Assembly: GCA_963667175.2 (NCBI GenBank)
Contig: CAXXXF010000012.1
Location: 224,001-288,000, forward strand
Length of the DNA: 64,000 bases
Direction of reading: 5' to 3'
Source: Candidatus Latescibacterota bacterium
GTDB taxonomy: Bacteria; Latescibacterota; UBA2968; GCA-2709665
Under the pieces are notes generated by a model, which made no database searches, was not told the DNA's origin, and worked only from the letters and a program-made list of their open reading frames with translations. Both the position numbers and the translations under genes were made by a program. Shown here in pieces: positions 49,909 to 60,756 of this stretch (position 1 is its first letter; every line of letters starts with the position of its first letter).

Positions 49909-50815
49909 GCGTCCTCCGTTGGTGACAGGATGATTTCACGGCCCTCCTTCAGCGACGCGTCTACCGCAGATGCCACCCGGACAACCGCCTGCCCGTCCCG
50001 GGGTGTAATCTGAGGTTTCCACAAGTTCCGTACCACGCCCGCGAAGTGCCGGATCAGCGAACGTGACATGCCCTCGGTCTGGCCGTGTACCTGCGGCGCG
50101 ACGGAGGTGTCGGGATATTCCACGTCGTCGGCGCGATAGACCGCAAGACCGGTTTCGTACGGAAGGACCTCGACGGCCCCGTCCGTGCCGCGTACGGTGA
50201 AGAGCTGGTTCTGCGGCCGTCCGGCCCGCGTGGGCGAACCCCAGACATTTTCCAGAACGGCAACGGCTCCGCAGTCAAAGGTCAGGACGACGACGATCAG
50301 ATCCTGCCGGCGCCGCCCGCCGGACCGGGCGTACGCCATGACCCGGGCGACCCCGCTTCGCGACGTCCAGAGCGCGAGATCGATATCGTGCGGCAGCAGC
50401 CAATAGGCCAGCGGAAACCGGCCCAGCACCCGATCGACGGCGGCGGGTTGGGAGGATCTCCGGCTGTAGAGATGAAGGACGTCGCCGATTTCGCCGCCCG
50501 CGACCGCTTCCCGCATGGCGGCGAACCGGGGATCGAAACGCAGACTGTGACAAACCATCAGGCGCACGCCGTTCCGGTCCGCGTCCCGGACCATCCGGGC
50601 GGCATCGGAAGGGGACGTCGCCATCGGTTTTTCTACAAGCACGTGCTTTCCGGAATTCAGGCAGACCGAGACGGGATCGGCGTGCGCCCATTCGGACGTG
50701 GCAACGATCACCGCTTCGATCTGCGGATGGTCGGAGAGCATGTCGCGGTAACGGGCGCCGGTGTAGAACGGAACGTCCAATTCCGTGGCAACGTTCCTGA
50801 CGGCGGCCTCGCCCC
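49905..50815 (-). pseudogene. 5'-truncated Gfo/Idh/MocA oxidoreductase
   Basis: GKHVLVEKPMA and HSLRFDP are present. Family-like sequence extends only to GEAAVRNVATELDVPFY (about 50815); the N-terminal Rossmann GxGxxG strand and start codon are missing. Confidence 0.8.
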
Positions 50816-50816
50816 C

Positions 50817-50966
50817 AACACTCTCCGAGTTTATCTTTATGAGTGGGAGGATGGTCCGAACGACTACGGGGAAATCATTGAGCCGCGTTACCTACCGAGT
50901 TTGGTAGTTCGCTCGGGCGCCGGCGGCAGCCCAATTGAAAGAGTCTCCCTGTCGACCGGCTCATAG
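50817..50966 (+). pseudogene. C-terminal remnant of a probable SAVED-domain CBASS effector
   Basis: NTLRVYLYEWEDG...RYLPSLVV resembles the LNT..V.LYE....Y.PS..L end of SAVED domains; lies directly upstream of cdnC. Confidence 0.5.
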
Positions 50967-51172
50967 AAGCGCGGGGCTTAGCGGCGCAGCATCGATAGCA
51001 GCACCTCTCGTGCAGGCGATTTCGCTCGAGTGCGACCATGGAGTGATCACGTTTAATTTTGAGAAGCGGAATACGCTCCTCAAAGGTTGCCGCCAGAAGT
51101 TCGGATTAGCTAACCGAGCGTATAATGGTTAGGGCCCGGATCTGACCGGGCATTCTCATGGATGGTCAAAAT

Positions 51173-52138
51173 ATGTCGAGAGAACACGTAGGACATGGGG
51201 ACGTTGCCCGGTTCGCTCAAGAGAGGGTGAACCTTCCTCGGGATAGAGCGAGTGAGTATCGTGCGCAGGCTCGCAGGCTCCGCGAAAGGCTCGACGCGTA
51301 CGTGAGCGAACACCCTGACTTCACGCTCAAAAAGATCCTGCTGTCTGGCAGCATCGCTAAAGGCACCGCACTCCGCTCATTGAACGATATCGACTTGGCG
51401 TGCTACATCAACGGCGCCGATGCGCCCAACGAGGTGGCGCAATTGCTCGATTACCTGGCCGACCGTCTTCGCACGGCGTTCCCAAATTTCAAGCCGGACC
51501 AGGTGCAACCTCAGACCTACTGCGTGAAGGTATCGTTCCGTGGCTCCGGTCTCGATGTGGACGTGGTTCCGGTCCTCTATGACGACGACCCGGACTGGTA
51601 CGGGAAGTTGGTAAACCAGGAAGACGGCTCTTTCCTCTGGACCTGTATACCCCGACATCTAGAATTCATCGACAAGAGGAAGAAAGCCCAACAGACCGAC
51701 TTCGCCCAAGTGGTGCGTCTCGTCAAATTCTGGGCGGGCGAGATCAAAAGGGAACGACCGGATTTCCGGTTCAAATCATTCATGATCGAGATGATCCTCT
51801 CACGCCTTTGTGACGACAATTTGAGTTTCGCCGATTATCCGGAGGCACTTCAGCACTTCTTCACATACGTGGCGCAGAGCGACTTGCGCGAGAAGATCGT
51901 GTTCACCGATTACTACCACGCCAGTTCAGTCGGCCGGTTCAGTGAACCGGTCCGGATAATTGACCCCGTCAACGAGGACAACAACGTAGCCAAGTTGTAC
52001 TCCAACAGCCAAGCGGACGCGATTGTCGACGCGGCCCTTGAGGCGGGAGACGCCATTGACGCCGCCTTGTCTGCGCCCACGAAGAGCGAAACCGTGCGTT
52101 ATTGGCGCAAGGTATTCGGATCATCATTCCAAGCCTGA
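51173..52138 (+). CDS. cdnC: CBASS CD-NTase (CdnC-type oligonucleotide cyclase)
   Basis: SGSIAKGTALRSLNDIDL, SFRGSGLDVDVVPVL, FRFKSFMIE, IIDPVN..NNVA, YWRKVFGSSF; closely follows E. coli MS115-1 CdnC as I recall it. TATAAT at 51121. Confidence 0.93.
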   Translation: MSREHVGHGDVARFAQERVNLPRDRASEYRAQARRLRERLDAYVSEHPDFTLKKILLSGSIAKGTALRSLNDIDLACYINGADAPNEVAQLLDYLADRLRTAFPNFKPDQVQPQTYCVKVSFRGSGLDVDVVPVLYDDDPDWYGKLVNQEDGSFLWTCIPRHLEFIDKRKKAQQTDFAQVVRLVKFWAGEIKRERPDFRFKSFMIEMILSRLCDDNLSFADYPEALQHFFTYVAQSDLREKIVFTDYYHASSVGRFSEPVRIIDPVNEDNNVAKLYSNSQADAIVDAALEAGDAIDAALSAPTKSETVRYWRKVFGSSFQA

Positions 52139-52146
52139 GAGGAACA

Positions 52147-52662
52147 ATGACATACAGTCAAACTTTCACCGAAACGTCCACCTTCACCCGCACCCACGCA
52201 CGGCACCTGGCGGCCAAGGTTGCAACTGATCTCAGGAGGATGCAGCGATTTTACGGCAGTCCGTCCGATAGCGACATCGCCGATTACGAAGTGGAGGTCA
52301 TCGAACTTCTGAAAGACGGTTACCTTGGAAAAGTAACCTATGGATTCAGGCGAAACGGCTATTGGATTGAGCCTACGCTACAGTACACCGCTAGAGATTT
52401 GGCGGGTGGCACTGCCGGCAACGACGACCCAGGCCGTGTGCGTCCCAGGGCAGACGTTAGTGGTGCATCATTCTGGAGTTACCTGACCTACAGTCACACT
52501 TGGGACTCACTGACCGAGTCGCAGCGGCAAGCCGTCAAAGAACGGCTACCAGTCAAACGTACTGGTGCGGCAGAGCCGGGAGTGAATGGTTATTGGTCGG
52601 CGGACCGAATCTACTCGGCCGGAGGGCGCGCGTTGGACCGCGGCAGCGTGAGGAGCTTCTAG
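52147..52662 (+). CDS. cap7: CBASS HORMA-domain protein (Cap7)
   Basis: THARHLAAKVATDLRRMQRFYG, WIEPTLQYTA, DDPGRVRP, YSAGGRAL. Confidence 0.92.
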   Translation: MTYSQTFTETSTFTRTHARHLAAKVATDLRRMQRFYGSPSDSDIADYEVEVIELLKDGYLGKVTYGFRRNGYWIEPTLQYTARDLAGGTAGNDDPGRVRPRADVSGASFWSYLTYSHTWDSLTESQRQAVKERLPVKRTGAAEPGVNGYWSADRIYSAGGRALDRGSVRSF

Positions 52663-53618
52663 TGACCACGACACCCGATTTTGATGACCTGTTTGAAGCG
52701 CGGATCAACTATCCCGACCCAGATGCCCGAGAACGTCTGGCGTGTCTGGTTGGTTTGGATGCGTACAAGACCCGTCTCAGCAAGATTTTGGGGCTTTTGA
52801 TAAACCCAACGGTGGTGGAAACTTGGCTGGAAAATCACCACCCGGGCGCTACCAGCGCGTTGAATTGGTTGCTCAGGAGGCCGCCACTGATAATACTCGC
52901 CGGCGATGTGGGTTGCGGAAAATCACAGCTCGCAGAAACCATTGGCGACACGGTAGCCAGAGAGCAGAACGTTGATCTCACGCTATTCCCACTGAGCCTT
53001 TCGACACGCGGTCAGGGCCGTGTCGGTGAGATGACTCAGTTGCTGGCGGCAGCATTCGAACATACTGTCAATGAAGCCAGAAAGTACGTTTCCGACGATG
53101 GGCCCCATCGGAGCGCTGTGATACTTCTGGTCGATGAAGCCGACGCTTTAGCGCAGTCCCGTGAGGCGTCTCAGATGCACCACGAAGATCGTGCAGGTGT
53201 GAACGCCTTCATCAGGGGTGTAGACCGCTTGGCCACCGCTGGGCTTCCGGCGGCCGTCATCATGTGCACGAACCGGCTCTCCGAACTTGATCCTGCTGTG
53301 CACCGTAGGGCAGCCGATATTCTGATCTTCACCCGTCCCGACGCTGACCATCGTTTCGAAGTGCTGAAGACCCCCCTTGAACAGCTGGGGTTCTCGAAAT
53401 CGCAGGTCTGGTCAATAGTTGAAGCCACCGGCCCTGGTTCGAACGATTGCGGGTTTACGTACTCGGATCTCACCCAAAGATTGCTGCCCACAATCGTTCT
53501 TGACGCTTATCCCGACAGGGCAGTGTGTCCTGATACGGCCTGTGAAATCGCCCAAAAGATGAGACCGACACCGTCATTCCAGGGTGAAGGGCTGATTACG
53601 TCGGACTCGACGGGGTAA
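52662..53618 (+). CDS. cap6: CBASS Trip13/Pch2-like AAA+ ATPase (Cap6)
   Basis: AGDVGCGKS, RGQGRVGEMT, LLVDEADALAQSRE...MHHEDRAGVNA, MCTNR...LDPAV.RRAA. Confidence 0.92.
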   Translation: MTTTPDFDDLFEARINYPDPDARERLACLVGLDAYKTRLSKILGLLINPTVVETWLENHHPGATSALNWLLRRPPLIILAGDVGCGKSQLAETIGDTVAREQNVDLTLFPLSLSTRGQGRVGEMTQLLAAAFEHTVNEARKYVSDDGPHRSAVILLVDEADALAQSREASQMHHEDRAGVNAFIRGVDRLATAGLPAAVIMCTNRLSELDPAVHRRAADILIFTRPDADHRFEVLKTPLEQLGFSKSQVWSIVEATGPGSNDCGFTYSDLTQRLLPTIVLDAYPDRAVCPDTACEIAQKMRPTPSFQGEGLITSDSTG

Positions 53619-53634
53619 ATCAACGCCGCCTTAT

Positions 53635-55100
53635 CCCCAATCCACCGAAAGGATGAGGGTGTCGGCGTGCTGACGGGATAAGAAAGTGCTCCCGGCTTCG
53701 GGGATAATGGTTTTTGATACAGAAAACCGACCCGAAACGAGGAGCACCCGACGGATGCTACCGCCTTAACCGCCCGACTGCATCCATATTGCCTTTGATT
53801 ATCAGCTCCTCGTGGCCGATGCGGGGCTGATTTTGCTCGTCACCCTGGCCAATCATCTGTGGTTGGGAAAGCTGGTGGACCGCTACGTTCACCTGGGAGA
53901 TGCGCCAGGTCGGGCCAACGCGGGAGACAAGGCGCTGACGCTGGCGGCCTCGGCGCTGGCCGGCGGCGACTGCATTGACGACACCGACGTGTTGCGCGCT
54001 GGCGAGACCGAGCGGGTGCTCGGCTGCGTAGTCAAGGCGCCATCCACGCTGGGTACGTTTCTGAGGAGTTTCCGGTGGGGTCATGTGCGCCAGTTGGATC
54101 GGGTGAGCCGTGAGGTGCTGGCCAGAGCTTGGGCTACTGGTGCGGAACCTGGAGATGAGCCTCTGACCATATGGTGGCCGCCTGTCGTGACCAGAAGGTA
54201 CGCTTCTCCATCACCGTCCGCCAGCACCCGCAACTGGGCAATCTCATCGACGCCATACCTGAAGTGGACTGGACGCCCATACCTTATTGGATGGAAGGCG
54301 GCGCCGACATGGCGGAAACCATCTATATTCCCTTCGCCAACAAGCGCGACGCGGTACCGGTCCGGCTCATCGCCCGGCGGGTGAAACCCACGCCCGACAC
54401 CCATCTGGCCCTGCTTGCCAAATACAGCTATCACGCCTTCATCACCGACCGTGAGGGCGACACCCTGTATCTGGAAGCTGACCATCGCCGTCACGCCGAG
54501 ATCGAGAATGCCATCCGCGACCTCAAGTACGGCGTGGGGCTCAACCACCTGCCATCGGGACGTTTCCCCGCCAATGCCGCTTGGCTGGTGGTGCAGAGCC
54601 TGCCCCGTACTCGATACGGGGTGCTGTCCCACAACCTGGCACGCTGGACCACTCGCATCGGACTGAGTGAGCCGATGACCACCACCAAGACCCTCCGATC
54701 GCGCTTCTTCTCCCTGGCGGGACGCATCACCCGCAAGGCCTGACGTCCACCCTGCATCTGCCACAGGGCTGGCCTTGGCAAAACCAGCTCAGCAGCGCTC
54801 TGGCTCGATTGCGCGCCCTGCCGCTCCCTTCCTGATCGCCGTCCTCGGGGTTTCACCTGTCTACGATGACACCATACGCCTGGCCGATCAGCACCCAGGC
54901 TGGACCCCTGATGGTCTCCGCCGGCGATCTGCGCTGAAAATCACTGCCAATGCCGCTGCTACAGGCCGTCAACATCCCCGTGGCGTGGCAGCCACACTCC
55001 GCATTCGTCCATTCCATCGCATCAGGTCCTCGCCAGCCCGTTTCCTGACACCTCATCCATCGTCTGACCGCCGCCACCGTAACCATTCGGTGGATTCAGG
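53635..55100 (+). mobile_element. Degenerate IS1380-family element
   Basis: IRs ccccaatccaccgaa / ttcggtggattcagg. Transposase fragments (GGDCIDD, APSTLGTFLRSF, HRRHAEIENAIRDLKYGVGLNHLPSGRF) with an internal deletion near 54170 and a premature stop at 54743. Confidence 0.88.
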
Positions 55101-55317
55101 ATAATCTGTCTAAGCCACGATTTGGTGGTCCACAAGGCCGGCAAAAGGAATAAGCAGTTATGGTTTTCACTGGCTCTTGTCTCGGTACCGAACCGAATTG
55201 CGCCGTTGCGAAATCAGAGCAGCCAATCACCAATTCCGTGTTATTTGCCGCGGTCAGTGCTTGGTGGTATGTTGGCATCTGGAGACGGACGAAAATACAG
55301 AGGGAGACAAATAAATT

Positions 55318-58300
55318 ATGGCAACCGGTGGGAACAATTTGGTCAGGGGAGCACTGGTTCAGTGGACCATGGGCAACGGCTACGGCGTGGTCGTTGCGAT
55401 GGATGAGCGATTGATCACAGTGCGCTGGGATGCGGAGGGGATTCCCACTCAATTTGCGGGCCGCAGATCCACCTTTATCCCGGGTGGATCTCATTGGCAA
55501 ACCGGTATGCCGGAGGTCAACCGGAGAGGATGTCGCAGTGCTGAACCTGGTGGCGGGAGCAATGCCTGTTTGGAACTGCCGCATCTTCCCCAAATCGGGA
55601 AGTCCGATGATGTCCAACGTGGCAGAAGAGGATCTGCGACCACTACCGATCACCGACCCAATGGAACGCTTCCGGACCGGTGACATCGGTTCAATGAAAA
55701 AATATCGGCTACAGGAAGTGACCCGATGGTATCGGGTTCAGCATCTCCACGATGACCTGGTATCTCTGGGTCAGGTGCAAGTCGATATAAAGCCGCATCA
55801 GGTCTCGGTAGTACACAAAGTGATTTCGGACTACCCCCATCGTTTTCTATTGTGCGATGAAGTCGGGCTTGGCAAGACCATCGAAGCCGGAATGGCCCTC
55901 AAGGAATTGAGAGCCCGAGGAGGGGCACAGAGGGTCCTTGCCATCGTTCCGCCGAACCTGGTTCGCCAGTGGCAGTTCGAAATGAAAACCAAGTTCAACG
56001 AAAGTTTCTCGGTTTTGGACACGAACACGGTCCGCTATCTGGCAAGGCAGGGCTTTGGTGGAAATCCCTTCACCTATTCAGACAGCGTATTGTGTTCCGC
56101 CAACTGGGTCGCCAACCCGCAACGGGCTAAAGAATGCGCCGCCGTTGATTGGGACTTCATCATTGTTGACGAGGCCCACCACGCCCGAAGTCATCCAGAC
56201 GGTAGCACCACCCGCTTGTACGAACTGGTGCGGGATCTGGCGCCGTCGCAACACATCAATCGGCGGGGTATGCTACTGCTAACGGCGACGCCGATGCAGA
56301 TGAACACCCACGAACTGTATTCACTTGTCGAGCTGCTCAATCCAACTCTTTTCCCATCCCCTGAAGAATTCGAAAGGCATCGGCGTAGAGTACCCGGCTT
56401 GTCAAAACTTGTGGAGGGCCTCTATCAACACGGATTTCCATTGCCTGACCAAGAACCGTCAGACACTGCCAAATATGTCGCGGAGTGGCTCGACCTCGAC
56501 TACGAAGCCGCCCGCCAACGATTGGCGGACTGTACCCACAACAGGGATGCCTTGGACACGCTGGCTCAGGAGTTAGAGGACAAGCATCGCCTCACCGAAG
56601 TGCTGATTCGTAACCGCAAGTCGGTGGTTGGTGGGTTTATGCCACGCCGTGCTTATCGATGGCCGGTAGACCTGACAGCCAAAGAGCGGGTTGCCCTGCA
56701 AGCCGTTGAGGCATACGTCCAATACGGTTTTCAGATGGCCGAGGGAGGCAATGACAATGCCATCGGCTTCGTGATGACGACTTTCCAGAAGCTTATGGGT
56801 TCCAGCATTGCCGCCGTACGGGAGTCTTTAGGCAGGCGGCGAGAACGGGTTCAAGAGCAAAACGCTACCCGGCAATCCGCCGAGGAACTCGAGGACAGGT
56901 TTGACAACGATGACAACGCCAGCGACGTCGTCGGCACCAATACTTTAGTGGACCTGGAACTCAATTGGCTCGACCAGGCAATCAACGCTCTCGATGCTGT
57001 TGAGGGCGATTCCAAAGCAACGGTTTTGGTGGACCGGCTCGCCACAATATTTGAGGATACCCCTGACGAAAAAATCATCATATTCACGCAGTTCCGTGAG
57101 ACCCAACGGCACCTGGAAGAACGATTGTCGGCCAAAGGCTGGGGCGTCAACCTGTTTCATGGGCAGTTGAGCACACAAGGGAAAGACGCGGCCGTGGCCC
57201 AGTTCAGAGATGCCAGTGGTCCCCAGGTGTTGATCAGTACGGAGGCAGGCGGCGAGGGCCGCAATCTGCAATTCGCCCACCTTTTGGTCAACTATGACCT
57301 GCCCTGGAACCCAATGAAGGTAGAGCAACGCATTGGTCGCATCGACCGGATCGGGCAGGATCACCCCATCAGCATTTTCAACCTATGGGTTAATGACACT
57401 GTCGAAGCCCGTGTTCTGGAGGTACTCGAACAACGCATCAGAGTGTTCGAGGAGACGGTGGGAGGTCTCGATCCCATACTAGGTGATACGGAGAACGACA
57501 TCCGGCGGATTATGCGAACCGTTTCCGCCGACCGTGACGCGGCCCTCGATGCGCTCGGTAGGCGTGTTGAGGAGGAAATGCGCAATGCCAGGGAGGCTGG
57601 AGAGTTGCTTGGTGATTTCATTATGGACACCAAATCGTATCGGAAAGAAATAGCCGAGCGTCTCGCCGGTCAACAGTCGCCTATCGACAACGCAGATTTT
57701 GAAAGGTACATCGGGCAACTCCTCGCCGACGTGCGCACCTATATCCGGCGTGACGGCGAGGTGTACGATTTGACTTTTCGCAGCGAGTTCTGCGATAGCC
57801 CTGATATACGCCACATCTTCCCGGCCGGTCCGAAAATGCGGGCAGTGTTTCGTCCGGACAGCAGGCCCGATGCGGAGGATGTCGAATTCATGGCCTTTGG
57901 TCACAAGGTAGTCGACGCCATAGTGGACATCGTACTCAGCGAAGGATACGAGGGCGTAACCGGCACCCGTCGTATTCCGGCCGGCGGGGGACTCACTCCC
58001 ATGACCGGGTGGCTGTTCACTTACCAATTCACCGTCTCCGGCGTACGCCCCGTGGAGCATATTGTGCCGGTTTTCGTAAGCGACGCCGGAGAGGTTGACG
58101 TCGCAGCCGGACACCGCCTCTTGCAAAATGCCTTCCGGTTTGATGATGACGAGACGGAAATCGGTTGGGTGGACATACCGGACAATCTCATTGACGCTGA
58201 AACTCTAGCGAAGGAGTTTGCCGGCACAGAGAGCGAAAAAATACGCACAGAAGCGCAGGCTGATGCCATGGTCCGCACCGACCGGGAAATGTCTAGGATT

Positions 58301-58573
58301 GAAGCTTTATTCGACTACAAGGAACGCGGGGCTGCCGACAAGGTCGAAGCAACCCGTCAAACGCTCAATCGCATTCGCGAAAGCACCGAAGAATCACAAC
58401 GTCAGATTCTCCCGGTTTGGGAAGCCAATCTCCGAACAGCTGAAGAATTGTCAACGAATCTGGCCTCGGAACGCCAGCGTCGGATAGCTGAAGTCGAAAG
58501 GTTCCGCTATCCGCAACTGGACTGGATCTTGAAATCAGTGGGACGCATTGAAGTCGTGGAGTTTGGACCGTAA
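55318..58573 (+). CDS. SNF2/RapA-like SF2 helicase (frameshift near 55459)
   Basis: LCDEVGLGKTIEAG, IVDEAHH, LLLTATP, STEAGGEGRNLQF, YDLPWNPMKVEQRIGRIDRIGQ, coiled-coil tail. RBS and ATG at 55318 lie in a different frame from the main ORF 55430-58573. Confidence 0.88.
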
Positions 58574-59126
58574 TCCAGACTGCTTGTGCGAGAAGGCATC
58601 AATGGTCCAAAACCCAGACATTTGCAGATACCGCGGATGAGGCCAACGGTGACCGGGTGTATCCACGTGCCTTGAACATCCTGCTCTGGCGGCTTTTATC
58701 GGCATATCAATCATGAACTGACCGAACTGCAAGCGTCCTCGGCCTGATCTCGAAGCCGTAGCGAGTTTCGAGAGAGTCGTAAAAGGCGGTGGTAGAGTGA
58801 ACCACATGGACGGCTCTATACTCGTAAGCCCCGGTATGACGTTTTGTTGTCGCCCTTGACAACAGCGACGAGCAGACCGGGCGGCGGGCTCAGCAACCCG
58901 ACGCGAATAGAAGCGCCACAGCAGGAGTAAGCATCACGACAAGCAGTGGCAGAAAGGTCAGCTCCAAAGATCTGCACTTTTTGTTACCCGGCACCGACAC
59001 CAACGACCCACTGGGACGACACCACCCGCCACCATTTCGCCCAAGACGCCCATCATCGCCTCCTGGCTGGGGCTGAGCCCGGACCAGCGCATCACCAGCT
59101 GCCGGATCATGATCTCAAAGACCAAA

Positions 59127-60306
59127 GGAACCTCTGAAGTAGCTGCTTTCGAGAATGGCATGGTCAATGAACGGGATTCCCGATGAATTCAGGCCATGCA
59201 GCAGGCGACGTTTCCGCTTTCAGCCGCCCATCTTGGGTTCGACCGCCAACTGCAGACAGACTGCGCCCCTGGGATCATGGCGCCAGCTGATGCCCAACGG
59301 TCAGCAAGTTGCCCAGTCCCAGCAGCACGTCCAACCGCTGCGTGTTCTTGCCCAAACCCCGATAGCGCACCTTGGCGTATCCGAACAGCAACTTGACCTT
59401 GTGGAAGGGATGCTCCACCTTGGCTCGGATCGACGACTTCCGCTTCTCGCACCAGTTCTCCAATCCCTCCGGAGGCAACTGGCGTCGCTGCCCGCGTCGT
59501 ATCGACACCACCCAGTCCAACTCCCGGTCCAGCTCCACGACCTCCGGCCGCTTCGCCACCCCGAGGTATCCCGCATCACCCCAGACCCGCTGCTCCCGCC
59601 ATGGAGCAGCCGATGCGCTTGGGTGATGTCATGAACGTTGGCTGCCGTGGTGGTGAAACTGTGCACCAATCCCGTCTCGGCATCGGCTCCAACGTGCAGC
59701 TTCATGCCGAAGTGGTACTGGTTGCCCTTCTTGGTCTGGCGCATTTCGGGATCCCGCTCCTGTCTCCGGTTCTTGGTCGAGGACGGCGCCTGGATGATGG
59801 TGGCGTCGATTACCGTCCCCTCCCGCAGCCGAAAACCAGGGCCGCCAGATGCTCGTTGATCTCCTGAAACAATCCCTGACCCAGGTCGTGCCGCTCCGAC
59901 AGATGCCGGAAATGCAGCAACGTGCTCTCGTCCGGTATGGAGTCCCTCTGGCCCAGCCCCACGAAACGCCGCACCGACTCCGCCTCGTACAGCAAATCTT
60001 CCATGGCCGGATCACTGAGATTGTGCGTCACCTGCACCACGTGGCTGCGCAGCATCAGCGACAGTGGATAGGGTCGTCGTCCCTTCTCCGCCTTGGGGTA
60101 GTAGGGCTCGATCCGCGCCTCCAGTTTCTCCCAGGGAACCAACATTTCCAACTTCTCAAGGAACACCTGGCGGCGGGGCTTACGCTTGTGGCGAGCCTGT
60201 TCCAGGTCGGCAAAACTCGGTTGGTCCATCCTGCGCTCTCCCTCGGGGCTGGTCAAACTCTTCCTGCGAATTATGTCACAATCAAACTGGCTTGTTCAGA
60301 GTTTCC
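59127..60306 (-). mobile_element. Degenerate IS5-family element (1180 bp)
   Basis: IRs ggaacctctgaa / ttcagagtttcc. Transposase 60229-59275 ([45 protein letters not shown]) broken by two frameshifts. Confidence 0.9.
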
Positions 60307-60756
60307 TTAACTCACGAAATCGCAAAGGGGGGCCGTAGACTGGATGCCGAGCTATACATCGGCTTCTGACCGAGCGCTCTACCTTTCGGAGAGGGAATGC
60401 CCTGCCTGTCCTCAAACGAAACGACCATTGCGTTTGCTGGTAATGGCGGGTTGGCGCAGTTCGTTGGAGAAGCGCACTTCCGCCCATTGACAAAAACGGG
60501 ATTCGTAACTGGACAGATGCCCGCCCTGAAAGTTCGGGGTGTACCTGCCAAGTCACGCCAATGCCCACCGGCATGGTCGGATCATCCTGGACGATCCAGC
60601 ATCGTGCGTCGGCCCGGTAAGCGGCTGCCTCCAAGTTCGAGAGCTTCCTTTGCGCCGGCGACGAGCGGCAAAATCGGGTGCGGATTATAATAGATTGTGA
60701 GCAACACCCGGGCAGCTTGTCTGGGTTCCTCATAACCGCAGTGGAGCGCACACATC

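Noticed and set aside
58574-59126. Short ORFs and a C-rich stretch between the helicase and IS5
   Set aside because: No recognisable protein motif, IR pair or RNA fold; probably decayed sequence.
60307-60756. Small ORFs upstream of the integrase (possible excisionase or repressor)
   Set aside because: No HTH or other supportable motif in any frame.
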